Shown: positions 37,602 through 46,779 of the stretch, one piece after another
How the letters are laid out: every line of letters begins with the position of its first letter
Position numbering within the stretch: position 1 is the stretch's first letter
Assembly (NCBI GenBank): GCA_027451365.1
Contig: DAIDJN010000041.1
Span: 96,001 to 160,000, forward strand
Length of the DNA stretch: 64,000 nucleotides
Direction: 5' to 3'
DNA from: Phycisphaerales bacterium
GTDB lineage: Bacteria; Planctomycetota; Phycisphaerae; WQYP01
Made by a program: the position numbers and the translations under genes
Notes under the pieces: generated by a model
Databases searched by the model: none
What the model was told of the DNA's origin: nothing
The model's input: the letters and a program-made list of their open reading frames with translations, nothing else

Positions 37602-39428
37602 ATGCTGCGTGAACTCCATATTTCCAATCTGGCCGTTATTGCCGATGCCAATGTGGAATTAAGTCCCGGATTGAATTGTTTCACCGGCCAGACCGGCGCG
37701 GGAAAATCCCTGGTTCTGGGCGCATTGGAATTGCTGCTGGCCTTGCGTTCGCCACAGAATATGCTGCGCAGCGGCAGCCAGGAGGCTCGCGTGACCGGCG
37801 TGTTCCATCTGGCCAGCCCGAAATTACGTCAGACCGTGGCCGATCTTACTGATCTTCCTCTGGCCGATGAACCGGACATGATTCTCGCACGCCGAATTCA
37901 TGACAGCGGCCGCACCAGCGCATCGGTCAATGGGCATCCATTAAACGGGGCGATGCTTAAAAGCATTGGCGAAACACTCGCGGACATCCACGGCCAGCAC
38001 GATGCGCAGTATCTGTTGAAGCCGGGCAATCAGTTGGCCATGCTCGATGATTTTGCCGGCTGCTCTGATTTGGCGGATAACTTCCGCGCGCTTCACCGCC
38101 AGCGCCGGGAAATTCAGGACCGGTTGCATCAATTGGCCGCTTCGGAATCTCTGCGTCGTCAGCAGTTGGATCTTTTTGAATTTCAGGCGGCCGAAATTGA
38201 TGAAGCCGCATTCACCATTGGCGAACAGGAGAATCTGGAGAATCGACACCGGCTTTTGTCCAACATGGAAAAAATAAAGCGACAGGCCGCTGCCGCCTAT
38301 GAAGCCCTGTACGATCAGGAAGGCGCTGTGGTGGGGCGGTTAAAGGCAATAACCGGCATTCTGCTGGACGCTGCCGAGCTAGCCGGCGAAATTTCTCCCA
38401 TCGCCGCGCAGGTGCGTGATGCCGCCGTAAGCCTGGACGACGCCGCCTTCGCCCTTCGGCACATGATGGACCGTCTGGAACTGGATCCTGATGAACTGGC
38501 ACGGGTGGCTGAGCGGTTGAATCTGCTGAATCGGCTTCTGAATAAATACTGCGGTTCCGGCGGGTCCCTGACCGACCTGATGCAGTATCGTGTCGCGATC
38601 GGCGAAGATATTTCCCGCCTGCAGGCCGCCGATCAGGATTCGACCCAGAATCGCCAGCAGGTGGTCGAACTGGAACACCAACTAAGCGCAGTGGGGGCGC
38701 GGCTTGCCGCCAAAAGGCGTGCCGGTGCGGACAAGCTTGTCGGGCTGGTGCAGGGCCACCTGACCGAATTGGGTATGAAGGAAGCCCGCCTGCAACTGCA
38801 TTTCCAGCCTGCGGCAAACGATGCCGCGCGGCTCGCGGCGAGCGATGGCGTTCTGGACAGTTTTCCCCTGCCCACCGGCTTGGAAATTGTGGATATTCTT
38901 ATTGCTCCCAACCCTGGCCAGGAGCCAAGGCCGCTGCGTAAAATAGCCAGCGGCGGTGAGCTTTCCCGCGTCATGCTTGCCATTAAATCCATTATGGCCC
39001 AGCCCGACCGCGTCAGTGTGCTGGTCTTTGACGAAATTGACGCCAATGTCGGCGGCCGCATGGGCACCGTGCTTGGTGAGAAACTGCGGGCCTTGGCCCG
39101 GCATCATCAGGTATTGTGCATCACCCATTTACCGCAAATTGCTGCATTTGCCGACCGACATATCCGTATTCGTAAAATTGTTGAAAATGGAGAAAGCTTC
39201 ACCACTGTTGAACCCTTGGAGGGAGAAGACCGCATTCATGAACTCGCGGAAATGATTTCCGGCAAGCAGATCACGGAAACATCGCTGGCCCAGGCCCGTG
39301 AACTGCTGGCCGTGGCGGGCAACGTTCCAGCCGGGGTCGCCAGCAGGCCGGCGAGCGCAGTAAAGACCGCGACTTCTCCCAATATCGGGCACCGCAAAAA
39401 GGCCGCCAGCCGCCGCGGCTCGCATTAA
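37602..39428 (+). CDS. recN: DNA repair protein RecN
   Basis: MLRELHISNLAVI, TGQTGAGKS, DIHGQH, ASGGELSRVMLA, FDEIDANVGG and QVLCITHLPQIA motifs. Confidence 0.96.
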   Translation: MLRELHISNLAVIADANVELSPGLNCFTGQTGAGKSLVLGALELLLALRSPQNMLRSGSQEARVTGVFHLASPKLRQTVADLTDLPLADEPDMILARRIHDSGRTSASVNGHPLNGAMLKSIGETLADIHGQHDAQYLLKPGNQLAMLDDFAGCSDLADNFRALHRQRREIQDRLHQLAASESLRRQQLDLFEFQAAEIDEAAFTIGEQENLENRHRLLSNMEKIKRQAAAAYEALYDQEGAVVGRLKAITGILLDAAELAGEISPIAAQVRDAAVSLDDAAFALRHMMDRLELDPDELARVAERLNLLNRLLNKYCGSGGSLTDLMQYRVAIGEDISRLQAADQDSTQNRQQVVELEHQLSAVGARLAAKRRAGADKLVGLVQGHLTELGMKEARLQLHFQPAANDAARLAASDGVLDSFPLPTGLEIVDILIAPNPGQEPRPLRKIASGGELSRVMLAIKSIMAQPDRVSVLVFDEIDANVGGRMGTVLGEKLRALARHHQVLCITHLPQIAAFADRHIRIRKIVENGESFTTVEPLEGEDRIHELAEMISGKQITETSLAQARELLAVAGNVPAGVASRPASAVKTATSPNIGHRKKAASRRGSH

Positions 39429-39553
39429 ATGTGGCTGGCGCGGTCTTGAATTCGTGAGCAATTGGCGCTTGGCATTTTACCTGCCATAAGCCGCCCAATT
39501 CGGGCGGTAGGGCATCTCCAAAGGAACACTGGCCTCTGTCTGAGTTGTGCGGC

Positions 39554-40264
39554 TTATGGGCGCGGTGGATTGGATTTAATCTTATTCGTATCAAGTGTGA
39601 CCGCGCCATGCCGGGCCAGGGCGCCGCCATCCTGAATTGACGCACTGTTCATTATGATAATATCCGTGGTGGCAAGAATGGTGCCTTCAAATGCGCTGTC
39701 CGCCCCAAGGGTGGCCGAACTTCCCACCTGCCAGAACACAAAATTCCTTGGCTCAGATCCATTGCCACGGTTAATGGAAATAACGGCTGATTTGGTGCCG
39801 GTGGTCAGAGTTGTCCCGATCTGAAATACAAACTGGGCTTTTTTATTGCCTTGGCAGTCAAGTGTGAGTATCCCGTTGAGAGTTGCCAACGACGAAAAAT
39901 AATATACCCCGGGCAGCAGCGTTAACCCGCCCAGGTCCTGGCCGCTTAAATCGTGGGTCGGTTTCATCCCCTGAACCGCTTTGTAAGCGGCGGTAAGATC
40001 AATATGCGCTTTGCGGGCGACATCATCGGCCATTCGCTTGGCATGGGGCGATAAGACAATACCCGGCGGGAAGCCGGTGATATCCTCGCTGTGACTGGTT
40101 CCCACATGGCCTCCATGCACCGCGGTATCGCCGGTATTCGTGACCGCGGTACCGCCCAACACCGCAAAATTGGCGGCGGAATCTAAAATAAATTGAACCG
40201 GCGCGTGCAGCGGAAGCGTGCCCAACGGTGCAACCACCAGCATAACAAGTGTTTTATTTACCAT
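39554..40264 (-). CDS. DUF3494 ice-binding-family protein (no C-terminal anchor)
   Basis: FAVLGGTAVTNTG, DLGGLTLLPGVY, FVFQIG, VFWQVGSSATLG, FEGTILA and GGALARHGAVTLDTN motifs; AAGGAG RBS. Confidence 0.9.
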   Translation of the reverse strand: MVNKTLVMLVVAPLGTLPLHAPVQFILDSAANFAVLGGTAVTNTGDTAVHGGHVGTSHSEDITGFPPGIVLSPHAKRMADDVARKAHIDLTAAYKAVQGMKPTHDLSGQDLGGLTLLPGVYYFSSLATLNGILTLDCQGNKKAQFVFQIGTTLTTGTKSAVISINRGNGSEPRNFVFWQVGSSATLGADSAFEGTILATTDIIIMNSASIQDGGALARHGAVTLDTNKIKSNPPRP

Positions 40265-40475
40265 GGCCAATTCTCCTTTTTCACACACCGCCGCGTGGGG
40301 ATGTGCGAATATGGCGCGACTGATCTTCGGTTGGGCATCGTGGAGAACGAGCTAAAGGAAAGCTGGATTCCGGGTGGGCGTCGGGGCGACTCATGCCAAG
40401 GTTTCTAAACCAACCCGCGCGAGCCGTGCGACTTCAAGCGGCCATGCTCTAGCACACTTGAATTATCAGTATAGC

Positions 40476-40491
40476 AGCAATTGGCGTACCG
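40476..40491 (-). promoter_or_regulatory. sigma54 -24/-12 promoter
   Basis: CGGTAC-GCCAA-TTGCT oriented toward the CDS starting at 40264. Confidence 0.6.
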
Positions 40492-40656
40492 TGGTGGATT
40501 TGGTTAATTATTTTTAAAGATAGGCGGGCGGCTATCACACAGCCGGACACATAAACCGGTCAATATCAGGAAAGTCCGGATATACCTGACTTTAGTTTCT
40601 GCAAAGCCGGGGTGCTTATTGTCCGGGAATCGTCAATTTTGCCCAATTCATTCGAA

Positions 40657-41475
40657 TTATGTCCGGCGGCTGCGCCAGCGTGTCGTAAGTGTGTAAATTC
40701 CCACCAGGCCCGCCCCGGCCAACACAAGTGTTGCTGTGGCTGGCTGGCCAACTGCCGCCGGCCCGGTATTGATATTGCTGCTGGCGCAGTTACTGATGGT
40801 GTTGGCATCCAGTGTTACCGCGCCATTGCGTGCCAGAGCGCTGCCGTCGGTAATTGTGGCACCAGTATTCAACGTAATGCTGGTTAGCGCAAGAATATGT
40901 CCTTCAAATGCGGTTCCTGTGCCCAGCGTGGCGGAACTACCCACCTGCCAGAACACATTGCAATCTGGTGTTGAACCGGAATTCAGAACCACAACCGAAG
41001 CGTTGCTGGCCGTGGTCAGCGTGCTGCCTATCTGAAAAACAAACTGCGCGGCCGAATTGCCCTGGTCATTAAGCGTCAGTGTTCCAGTAAGGCCCGCAGA
41101 CGAAGAGAAAAAGTAGGTGCCCGCCGTTAGTGTTAATCCGCCCAGGTTCGTTCCTGTCAGATTCTGCGTGGGGGCTAAACCTGCGCATGCATTGTAGGCC
41201 GTTGTTAAATCACTCTGAGCCTGACTGGCGACTGCATTGGCGGAGTCCAGTGTGTATGGAGATGTCACACTTCCCGGCGGAAAGCCGGTAATCGCCGTGC
41301 CCGGACTTACTCCCACATTTCCCCCATCTATAACCGTGTTACCTGTATTGGTCACGGTTGATCCGGCCAATACCGCGAAATTTCCCGCCGTGCCCAGCAC
41401 CACGGCGGCTGGTACCGCCGCCGGGGAAACTGTTAATATCACCAACGCGGAAAAAATGATAGTCTTGGTAAACAT
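40657..41475 (-). CDS. DUF3494 ice-binding-family protein with PEP-CTERM-like C-terminal anchor
   Basis: GGAGG RBS, signal peptide, FAVLAGSTVTNTG...VFWQVGSSATLG..GSALARNGAVTLD, then VGQPATATLVLAGAGLVGIYTLTTRWRSRRT. Confidence 0.92.
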   Translation of the reverse strand: MFTKTIIFSALVILTVSPAAVPAAVVLGTAGNFAVLAGSTVTNTGNTVIDGGNVGVSPGTAITGFPPGSVTSPYTLDSANAVASQAQSDLTTAYNACAGLAPTQNLTGTNLGGLTLTAGTYFFSSSAGLTGTLTLNDQGNSAAQFVFQIGSTLTTASNASVVVLNSGSTPDCNVFWQVGSSATLGTGTAFEGHILALTSITLNTGATITDGSALARNGAVTLDANTISNCASSNINTGPAAVGQPATATLVLAGAGLVGIYTLTTRWRSRRT

Positions 41476-41633
41476 TGGTCGCCTCCATTTACTTTTGTCG
41501 CCGGGTGGCGATACCAAAAGGTCGCATTTAAATAAAAAGCTGGAAGCCCTATAATTAGCCCGCCCCGCTTTTATATGTCCCAGCCATCCCGTTGAGATTG
41601 CCGAAATGATGACTAATCTCGATTACTATGTGT

Positions 41634-41650
41634 ATGCAAACCATGTGCCG
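41634..41650 (-). promoter_or_regulatory. sigma54 -24/-12 promoter
   Basis: CGGCAC-ATGGT-TTGCAT oriented toward the CDS starting at 41475. Confidence 0.72.
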
Positions 41651-41766
41651 TGTTGGGTAAATCATTAAGTTGACTGAATTCATAAAAGTTCTTGCGATCT
41701 TGGGGCTGCTTGCCGAGATTCAGTTACAGATGCGACGCAGAGGGGGCGGCAATAACGCCGCCGCCG

Positions 41767-41791
41767 GACATAATGTCGCGGACATTTTGTC
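41767..41791. promoter_or_regulatory. Candidate enhancer (UAS) copy 1
   Basis: GACATAATGTC-gcg-GACATTTTGTC: tandem GMCA-N3-TGDC palindromes with 14-bp period. Confidence 0.55.
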
Positions 41792-42022
41792 CCAGTCGGT
41801 TGGCGAATTGCGTAAACAGGCAGAAAATTGCTGGCCAAATAATATTATTGCCAAAGGTATGGATATTGCATGGTAGTACGTGGGGTTGTTCACGATTTTA
41901 TTAATTGCGTCCCATTTTTTACCTGCGCAGAGCGTTCGGGTTGGGCGTCAGCCGCGTTCGCCAAGTCTCATTGGCTTGCTTGTAGGTGCAAAAAGACAAG
42001 ATTGACCGCGGCTCGGTTGGCC

Positions 42023-42066
42023 AAAAAAGGGACAGGGACGTTCCGCCCTTTCGGTCGGAACGTCCC
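42023..42066 (-). terminator. REP-like hairpin / terminator
   Basis: GGGACGTTCCG-N10-CGGAACGTCCC followed on the minus strand by TGTCCC-TTTTTT, downstream of the CDS ending at 42131. Confidence 0.5.
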
Positions 42067-42130
42067 CGTTTACACCTGTGCCCCACTCGTGCTGCCCCAC
42101 TGGCATTTGCCGCCCCACACCACGGACACT

Positions 42131-42553
42131 TTACCACTTTTTTAACAGGTATCTACGATCTATGCGATTCCAGGAATCGCGCACGGCCTGTCTGGCCGTA
42201 TCCCAGTTTAATGTGGATTTACCCCTATGTGCCGCCCAGTCCCGTATCAAAATCAGTTCAACTTCCGCGAATAGGCGGGGATCATAAAACACCCGCGCTT
42301 CCCAGCCATATTGGTAGGCCGGGGCGTATTCTTCGTACGACACACCGGCCCTGACGTATGGACGTGAGTAATATGTCGACCGCCAGAACCCATGTTCTAC
42401 GACCGGGTCAAGTTCATTTATCGGGTCTTCGTTCATCTGGTCACCGCCTCGGTTTGGATGTTGCGCCTCGTCGGTTGTCTTAGGTACTGATAGCGGATCG
42501 GCTGAACTGAATTTCGGAATGGCTCTCTCAAAATTGACATCATGCAGCGTCAT
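42131..42553 (-). CDS. Conserved hypothetical small helical protein
   Basis: GGAGAA RBS. Recognisable motif E..FWR..Y.SRPY..YEEYAPAYQYGW..F.EVE..L.RDW...RG.S.L.W..AR.AVRDSW.RI. Confidence 0.78.
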   Translation of the reverse strand: MTLHDVNFERAIPKFSSADPLSVPKTTDEAQHPNRGGDQMNEDPINELDPVVEHGFWRSTYYSRPYVRAGVSYEEYAPAYQYGWEARVFYDPRLFAEVELILIRDWAAHRGKSTLNWDTARQAVRDSWNRIDRRYLLKKW

Positions 42554-42664
42554 GGTTCGACTTCTCCAATCATTCCTGCGGCATATCCATTGGCTGCCCG
42601 CCTAGTGCAGCAACACAGAATTCACTGAAGAAATTTCGGGAAACTTCCTCATGCCGGTTGTTGT

Positions 42665-42681
42665 ATGCAATTGGTGTGCCG
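42665..42681 (-). promoter_or_regulatory. sigma54 -24/-12 promoter
   Basis: CGGCAC-ACCAA-TTGCAT oriented toward the CDS starting at 42553. Confidence 0.72.
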
Positions 42682-42872
42682 CTTTTCAAATCAAGTGCGT
42701 ACCAAGGCCAATTTTCATGGCATGCTGGCGGCGCGAAATGGCTCATGTGGTGCATAAATCTGGCCGCAAACGATCGCATGGCATATTTATGCCCGATTGT
42801 GCCGTTGGGCAGTTCGCCTGTAGCAGATCACATGCTGCCGTTGCCTGTCAGCCCGTTCTGACCGAACAACTC

Positions 42873-42897
42873 GCCAAAATGTCGCGGACATTTTGGC
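42873..42897. promoter_or_regulatory. Candidate enhancer (UAS) copy 2
   Basis: GCCAAAATGTC-gcg-GACATTTTGGC (perfect 11-bp inverted repeat) between divergent sigma54 promoters. Confidence 0.6.
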
Positions 42898-42969
42898 ATT
42901 GCCGGCGCGTTTTGGATTAAGAAAGCCGAAAAATGGCCTGTTTGGCTGATAAACAGGCCATTTTCCCGT

Positions 42970-42985
42970 CGGCATTGCAATTGCA
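42970..42985 (+). promoter_or_regulatory. sigma54 -24/-12 promoter
   Basis: CGGCAT-TGCAA-TTGCA upstream of the GGDEF gene. Confidence 0.65.
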
Positions 42986-43088
42986 ATAACAATAGTGCGC
43001 CTGCAGGTGGCAGGTATGTTGCCTTGCTTTGCGCTGGGGCGCGGAAGGCCATGCTGGCATTTGTCGAATGACTTATCGGGGATTCAAT

Positions 43089-43994
43089 ATGCCTGAACCA
43101 ATGCGGCAATCGGAAAGCGGGTCGGCCGTCCCGGCTATTTTATCTCCGACTGGTGATCACGCCGTGAAAACGCTTGAATCGCTGCACCGGTATATGTTGC
43201 TTGTCGCACAACATCTGGAGGAAAATGTGCACCGCATATCCATGCCGGCCCGCGGCCGGGAAGGGCCGCCTTTCGGCGAGACGCTGGACCGCATTATCCG
43301 CAAATGTGTTCATGACCTGCAATCCCTGACGCATTCCATGGCGGGAGAACTCGCGCAACGCGCGGCTCTTGAACAGCAGTTGCTGGCCACCCAGACCGTT
43401 GCCGAGCAATATCGGCAGATGGCCTTTCATGATCCGGTGACCGCGTTGCCCAACCGCATTCTGCTGCACGACCGGCTGGATATCGCCCTGGCCCAGGCCA
43501 GGCGACATAAACGTTCGTTTGCGGTTCTATTTATAGACATTGATAAATTCAAATATATAAATGATACGTTCGGACATGCCGCCGGCGATACCATTCTGCG
43601 GCTGATTGCCGACAAGCTGCGGGGCTGTATGCGAACCGAGGACACCGTAAGCCGCGCCGGCGGGGATGAATTTCTCTGCCTCCTGATGGAAGTCAAAAAC
43701 CAAGACGCGGTAAAATCTGTCGCCGAGTGCATGTTCGCCCAAATCGCCCAGGCTGCGGGTACCGTTGGCTTTAATATCGCGGTGAAACTCAGTGTTGGCT
43801 GTGCCATGTGCCCGCTGGATGGCGTAACCCCCGAAATCCTTTTGCGAAACGCCGACAAGGCCATGTACCGCGCTAAGAGGGCCGGGACAGGCCTGGCCTT
43901 TTGTGATGACCATGCCGCGGATATTGATAACACATGGAAGGACAACTCCATCTCTTCGTCAGCCATGAGAATGCCCACAAGTTATCGCTGTTGA
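43089..43994 (+). CDS. Diguanylate cyclase (GGDEF) with N-terminal coiled coil
   Basis: HDPVTALPNR, FIDIDKFKYINDTFGH..GD, SRAGGDEF and NADKAMY.AK motifs. Confidence 0.92.
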   Translation: MPEPMRQSESGSAVPAILSPTGDHAVKTLESLHRYMLLVAQHLEENVHRISMPARGREGPPFGETLDRIIRKCVHDLQSLTHSMAGELAQRAALEQQLLATQTVAEQYRQMAFHDPVTALPNRILLHDRLDIALAQARRHKRSFAVLFIDIDKFKYINDTFGHAAGDTILRLIADKLRGCMRTEDTVSRAGGDEFLCLLMEVKNQDAVKSVAECMFAQIAQAAGTVGFNIAVKLSVGCAMCPLDGVTPEILLRNADKAMYRAKRAGTGLAFCDDHAADIDNTWKDNSISSSAMRMPTSYRC

Positions 43995-44016
43995 AAAGCC
44001 GGGGCGCCCAAACTGC

Positions 44017-45168
44017 GGTCCTTAAACTGATGTGCGTAAGCTGACGTGCATAAACTGGGGGTCGGGCGTCTCGCCCGATATCGCAATTGAATAAGGAGAC
44101 CTTAATTTGAGGTCCTTAAACTGATATGTTTAAACTGATATGTTTAAACTGATGTGTTGAAGCTGATGTGCTTAAGCTGGGGGTCGGGCGTCTCGCCCGA
44201 CATGTCATCCCCACCGGCGGCCAGGATGGCCGCCCCCCACGAAGACTGTTTACAATCCGCAAGCAAATGGCGACAAGGCGCGCCACCAGATCGCCCTCAC
44301 CCACGCCAAGATTTACCTCTCGCCCGATATCGCAATTGAATAATGAGACGTTAATTTGAGGACCTTAAACTGATGTGCCTAAGCGGATGTGTTTAAGCTG
44401 ATGTTCTTAAGCTGATGTGTTTAAGCGGATGTGTTTAAATTGGGGGTCGTGCGTCTCGCCCGACACGTCATCCTCACCGGCGGCCAGGATGGCCGCCCCC
44501 CACGAAGACTGTTTACAATCCGCAAGCAAATGGCGACAAGTCGCGCCACCAGATCGCCCTCACCCACGCCAAGATGAAGTCTCGCCCGATATCGCAATTG
44601 AATAAGGAGACGTTAATTTGAGGTCCTTAAACTGATATGTCTAAACTGATGTGCGTAAACTGATATGCTTAAACTGATGTGTTTAATCTGGGGGTCGGGC
44701 GTCTCGCCCGACACGTCATCCCCACCGGCGGCCAGGATGGCCGCCCCCCAGGAAGACTGTTTACAATCCGCAAGCAAATGGCGACAAGTCGCGCCACCAG
44801 ATCGACCTCACCCACGCCAAGATGTACATCTCGTCCGATATCGCAATTGAATAATGAGACGTTAATTTGAGGTCCTTAAACTGATGTGCCTAAGCGGATG
44901 TGTTTAAGCTGATGTTCTTAAGCTGATGTGTTTAAGCTGATGTGCTTAAGCTGGGGGTCGGGCGTCTCGCCCGACATGTCATCCCCACCGGCGGCCAGGA
45001 TGGCCGCCCCCCAGGAAGACTGTTTACAATCCGCAAGCAAATGGCGACAAGTCGCGCCACCAGATCGCCCTCACCCACGCCAAGATGGACACCTCGCCCG
45101 ACATGTCATCCCCACCGGCGGCCAGGATGGCCGCCCCCCACGAAGACTGTTTACAATCCGCAAGCAAA
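44017..45168 (+). repeat. Nested tandem array of REP/REPIN-like units
   Basis: CGCAATTGAAT anchors at 44082, 44331, 44593 and 44842 (periods 249/262/249). Each unit has 4-5 copies of a 14-bp TAARCTGATGTGYY repeat plus hairpins GTCGGGCG-TCT-CGCCCGAC and GGCGGCCA-GGA-TGGCCGCC. Confidence 0.95.
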
Positions 45169-45200
45169 GCGCGATAAAAAGCGTCATCGCGTCGCAAGTC

Positions 45201-45225
45201 GCCACTTTGACCCGGCCATTATGGC
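45201..45225. promoter_or_regulatory. Candidate enhancer (UAS) copy 3
   Basis: GCCACTTTGAC-ccg-GCCATTATGGC: same tandem motif and 14-bp period, 60 bp upstream of a sigma54 promoter. Confidence 0.5.
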
Positions 45226-45285
45226 CCGGCCGTCAGGCGCGGCCCGCCGCTTAACAAAAAACGCCGCTTTGGCCCAAAAAATATG

Positions 45286-45301
45286 TGGCACATGAATTGC
45301 T
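45286..45301 (+). promoter_or_regulatory. sigma54 -24/-12 promoter
   Basis: TGGCAC-ATGAA-TTGCT, full consensus match. Confidence 0.8.
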
Positions 45302-45364
45302 TAATATACTGGCGTGGTTTTAAATTGACCACGGGTGGGGAACAAAACTGAAAGGCGTGTACTC

Positions 45365-45529
45365 ATGGGTTTGATTTTGCTTGTTGTATTGGTCCTGATC
45401 ATGCTTAGTGTGCTTCCCACGTGGGGTTACAGTCGTCAATGGGGTTATGGCCCGACTGGTGGTCTGGGTGTCATTCTTCTAATCGTCATTGTGCTGGTAT
45501 TAATGGGTGTTATTCCCGGTAGATTTTAA
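45365..45529 (+). CDS. DUF3309 family small membrane protein
   Basis: MGLILLVVLVL..LPTWGYSRQWGYGPTGGLGVILLIVIVLVLMG. Confidence 0.9.
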   Translation: MGLILLVVLVLIMLSVLPTWGYSRQWGYGPTGGLGVILLIVIVLVLMGVIPGRF

Positions 45530-45802
45530 ATATCATCGCGCGTCGCCTTCAAGAAATAGCCGTATTTAGTGTCGGAACGCATTAAAAAGCGCGGAGTGTG
45601 GAACAAAATATTCCCGAGGTTTCTCTCATGCGGGCGGGCGGTGCACCCCGCGCACATGGGCTGGATGTCGGCGAATTTCCCGGAAAATTGCCCGGTTTCA
45701 ATTGGTCTGTCCAATAACGGGCGAATTTTCCAAAGTGGTTTGATGTGCGTGGCCTTCAGATTAATCTGACCTGCCGCGATATCAAATAGTATTTAAGGAG
45801 AC

Positions 45803-46597
45803 ATGAAAATGTTTCGTAAAAACATCACAACGTGGTTGTCCGCCGGAGCTGTCGCTTCGCTGGCCTTATCCGGCGCCGTTTCCGCGGTGCAGGCTCAGCC
45901 GGTTATTGAGTACAGCCTGAACAATGGCGCCACCTTCACCAGTCTGGCTAATCCCAGCGCCATCAACACCATCGTGGATGGTTCGATCGGCGCATTTACC
46001 GTCACCAGTCTTTCGGCCCTGGCGGTGAACAACAGCAGTCTTGCTAATTTGAATCTCGGAATGGCCAGCATCAGTTTTGCCGCCACTCCTGGTTCAACCG
46101 TCAGCAATGTCAATATTCTGTTCCAGGCCAGCGCTACCGGATTCACTTATGATCCCGTCGGCGTGAATTTCCTGGAATCAGCGGGTTCGGCCACCCTGCT
46201 TCATGTGGCGTCATCCACTGGCGATTCCCTTTCACTTAAGGGTGGGTCGGACACGGGTAATAATCTCTTTACCTTCACCACCACATCCAACCCGGTCGGG
46301 AGTCCGTTTGTATTCGCTGGTTCCACCTCTTCAGGAACCGAAAGTTCCAGTTTTGGAATTGACCCTGTGCCGAATCCAAGCATTAATTCCACGGGCTATT
46401 CGCTGACCACCACATTGGATTTTACCAGCTTTTACGTGGGTGATATTTATAACAATCCGTCATCCACAGTCACCGTCTCCAATACCGAGCCGCTTTCGGC
46501 AGGCGCCGCGCCACTGCCCGCGACCGGTCTTCTGACCCTGGTGGGGGGAATCGCCATGATTGGCGGAGTGGCGATCCGTCGCCGCCTGAAGGTCTAA
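45803..46597 (+). CDS. Secreted surface protein with PEP-CTERM-like (PLP) sorting signal
   Basis: AAGGAG RBS, signal peptide ending VQA, S/T-rich body. C-terminus AAPLPATGLLTLVGGIAMIGGVAIRRRLKV. Confidence 0.85.
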   Translation: MKMFRKNITTWLSAGAVASLALSGAVSAVQAQPVIEYSLNNGATFTSLANPSAINTIVDGSIGAFTVTSLSALAVNNSSLANLNLGMASISFAATPGSTVSNVNILFQASATGFTYDPVGVNFLESAGSATLLHVASSTGDSLSLKGGSDTGNNLFTFTTTSNPVGSPFVFAGSTSSGTESSSFGIDPVPNPSINSTGYSLTTTLDFTSFYVGDIYNNPSSTVTVSNTEPLSAGAAPLPATGLLTLVGGIAMIGGVAIRRRLKV

Positions 46598-46634
46598 GCC
46601 TCTTAGGCCCTGTTAAACAAACTGTCTCTTCCCC

Positions 46635-46673
46635 AAGGCGGGGTGGCCACTGTGGGGCTCCCCGCCTTTTTTT
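46635..46673 (+). terminator. Rho-independent terminator
   Basis: AAGGCGGGG...CCCCGCC stem followed by T7. Confidence 0.7.
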
Positions 46674-46779
46674 CGCGCCGATAAAGCACTGCGCACTCTT
46701 GGTTCAGGAATCCCGGCTGAACGTCCGCAAAAATTGCGCCCCGCCAATAGCCGCCCGCAAACCGCCAACCCCATTCCAG

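Noticed and set aside
44017..45168. CRISPR array or repeated 60-117 aa ORFs in the tandem array
   Set aside because: There are no unique spacers and no cas genes. The 14-bp period is not a multiple of 3 and frames shift between units, so the ORFs look like by-products.
44017..45168. Replication origin (iterons / AT-rich unwinding repeats)
   Set aside because: No convincing TTATCCACA DnaA boxes and no rep, dnaA or par gene adjacent.
45660..45735. GGCGAATTTCC/GGAAAATTGCC as further enhancer copies
   Set aside because: Wrong spacing, poor match and no sigma54 box found before 45803.
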